DNA of 45,161 nucleotides, taken from positions 67,471,839 through 67,516,999 of the forward strand of contig NC_068989.1 of the NCBI RefSeq assembly GCF_001194135.2. Reading direction: 5' to 3'. Both the position numbers and the translations under genes were made by a program. Below, piece by piece: positions 43,789-45,161 of the stretch (its first letter is position 1; each line of letters opens with the position of its first letter). Below the pieces are notes generated by a model, which saw nothing but the letters and a program-made list of their open reading frames with translations, was not told the origin of the DNA and did no database searches. This DNA is from Octopus bimaculoides. Lineage: Eukaryota.

Positions 43789-45161
43789 TAGATAGATAGA
43801 TAGATATAGATATAGAAAAATAAGGATTCAGATAGAATCAGGTTCTTGAAAAGATATGCACCAGGTAGGGTTGGATAATCTCTGTGGTACTGGCCTATGG
43901 TTGATGAGTATCAAATAGGATATTTCAATTGTGTACACAATGAAAACCGACCCTATGAGTATTTAGATCAGCCCCTAGGCTGGTCCAAATCACGCATTAC
44001 TTTGAATAGTATGTTGTTAGTATATTCTGGAGTGTCCAACAAGTCGTAAATTCCCTTGCTGTATAATAATCAAATGAATAATAATATACAATGGATAATT
44101 GTCAGCTCATTGCAGCTGTTTCTTACGTAACTTTTTAATAGAAGAATGAGAACATTACTCCATTACAAAAGACAGTTAATCATCAGATGAAAAGTAATTT
44201 TACATACAAAAGAATATCCTAAGAATACAGCAGGGATGTGGCTGCACACACTCAAGCTAGTTATATTGTGTATTTTTATGGAACTTGCTATTGTTTATAT
44301 ATAAGATTGAATATACTGTAAAGGAAAGACAACATTTTGACAAAGGTGATATTATATATCAATTTTCATCACATGTTTACATGGTGGACAACACCTGTTT
44401 TTTAAAACCTTCCCATATTAGATTTCATGCTCTTCTCTGTGTCACACACACACACACATATGCAAATGTTTTTTATATTGCTTGACCTTACATAATGACA
44501 AGTATTCAACATTGTTATTCTGTTTAGAAAGAGACAGAGTTTCAGCATTAGCATATATTTTTTTTAAACACATCATAAAGGCATTAGTGAAGTCAGGGCT
44601 GTTGCATGGCTTTTTAGAAGCCCCCTGCAACTTTTTATTTCGAGACCCCATCTCTTCAATCAAAATTCAAAACCTATGCATTTTTTATTCATAGCTATAT
44701 TTTACATTATTCTATCTGAAGTTCAATATTTCACGTTATCGTAAAGAACATCTTTTAAAAGTAGAGATTAAAAATTTATTTAGGGTTGGAATTATCATAT
44801 TGTTTCATGTTTAGGAAGGCCAACATTTAATAGGGTTGAATATTTATTTGATGGACTCACAAATATCAGAAGACAAGCATTTCAACATAACTGCATGTGA
44901 AGAAGTTTAGGTAAATTTATAGTTCCACACCCAGCTCGATTTCAGTAGTAAATGTTTTTCCGCAATTTCTTTTTTTTTTTTTTTTTGTGCACTCATCTTA
45001 GTTGACCTCATAAGCTGTCGGAAATGCATTTTTTCCATGGAAAACGGAGGGGATGGGGGTGAGGGTGGACCTTGGAAATTCCCCTTTCTGACCCTGACTC
45101 CAGCGTTTTTTTTTTTTTTTGCTGAAATCGTCTTAATTGACCTCATAATGTGTAGGAAATG

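Overview
This is AT-rich eukaryotic draft-assembly DNA with nine N-gaps and many microsatellites and SINEs. The repeat families look like those of octopus (inferred from remembered repeat sequences, not from a search). There is no CRISPR array, rRNA or true tRNA gene, and almost all ORF-track entries are spurious or run through gaps. One convincing host gene is present: a minus-strand single coding exon (likely 27194-28324, 376 aa) encoding a two-TM protein. It resembles the APD1-4 (DUF4792/DUF4793) luminal domain but lacks the RING and ends in PPSY/LPSY motifs. The rest is layered transposon debris: a Gypsy pol fossil, Chapaev-like and Merlin-like transposase fossils, MITEs with 8-bp TSDs, a solo LTR, RTE LINE 3' ends and several tRNA-derived SINE families. 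The most interesting signal is a set of Penelope-like fold-back elements whose terminal repeat joins a tRNA-like Pol III head to a minimal hammerhead-ribozyme motif, plus three other hammerhead-like motif types. A CpG-rich block at about 14.6-19.1 kb looks regulatory. Family names come from motifs I translated by hand and recognised from memory, and most repeat boundaries are approximate.
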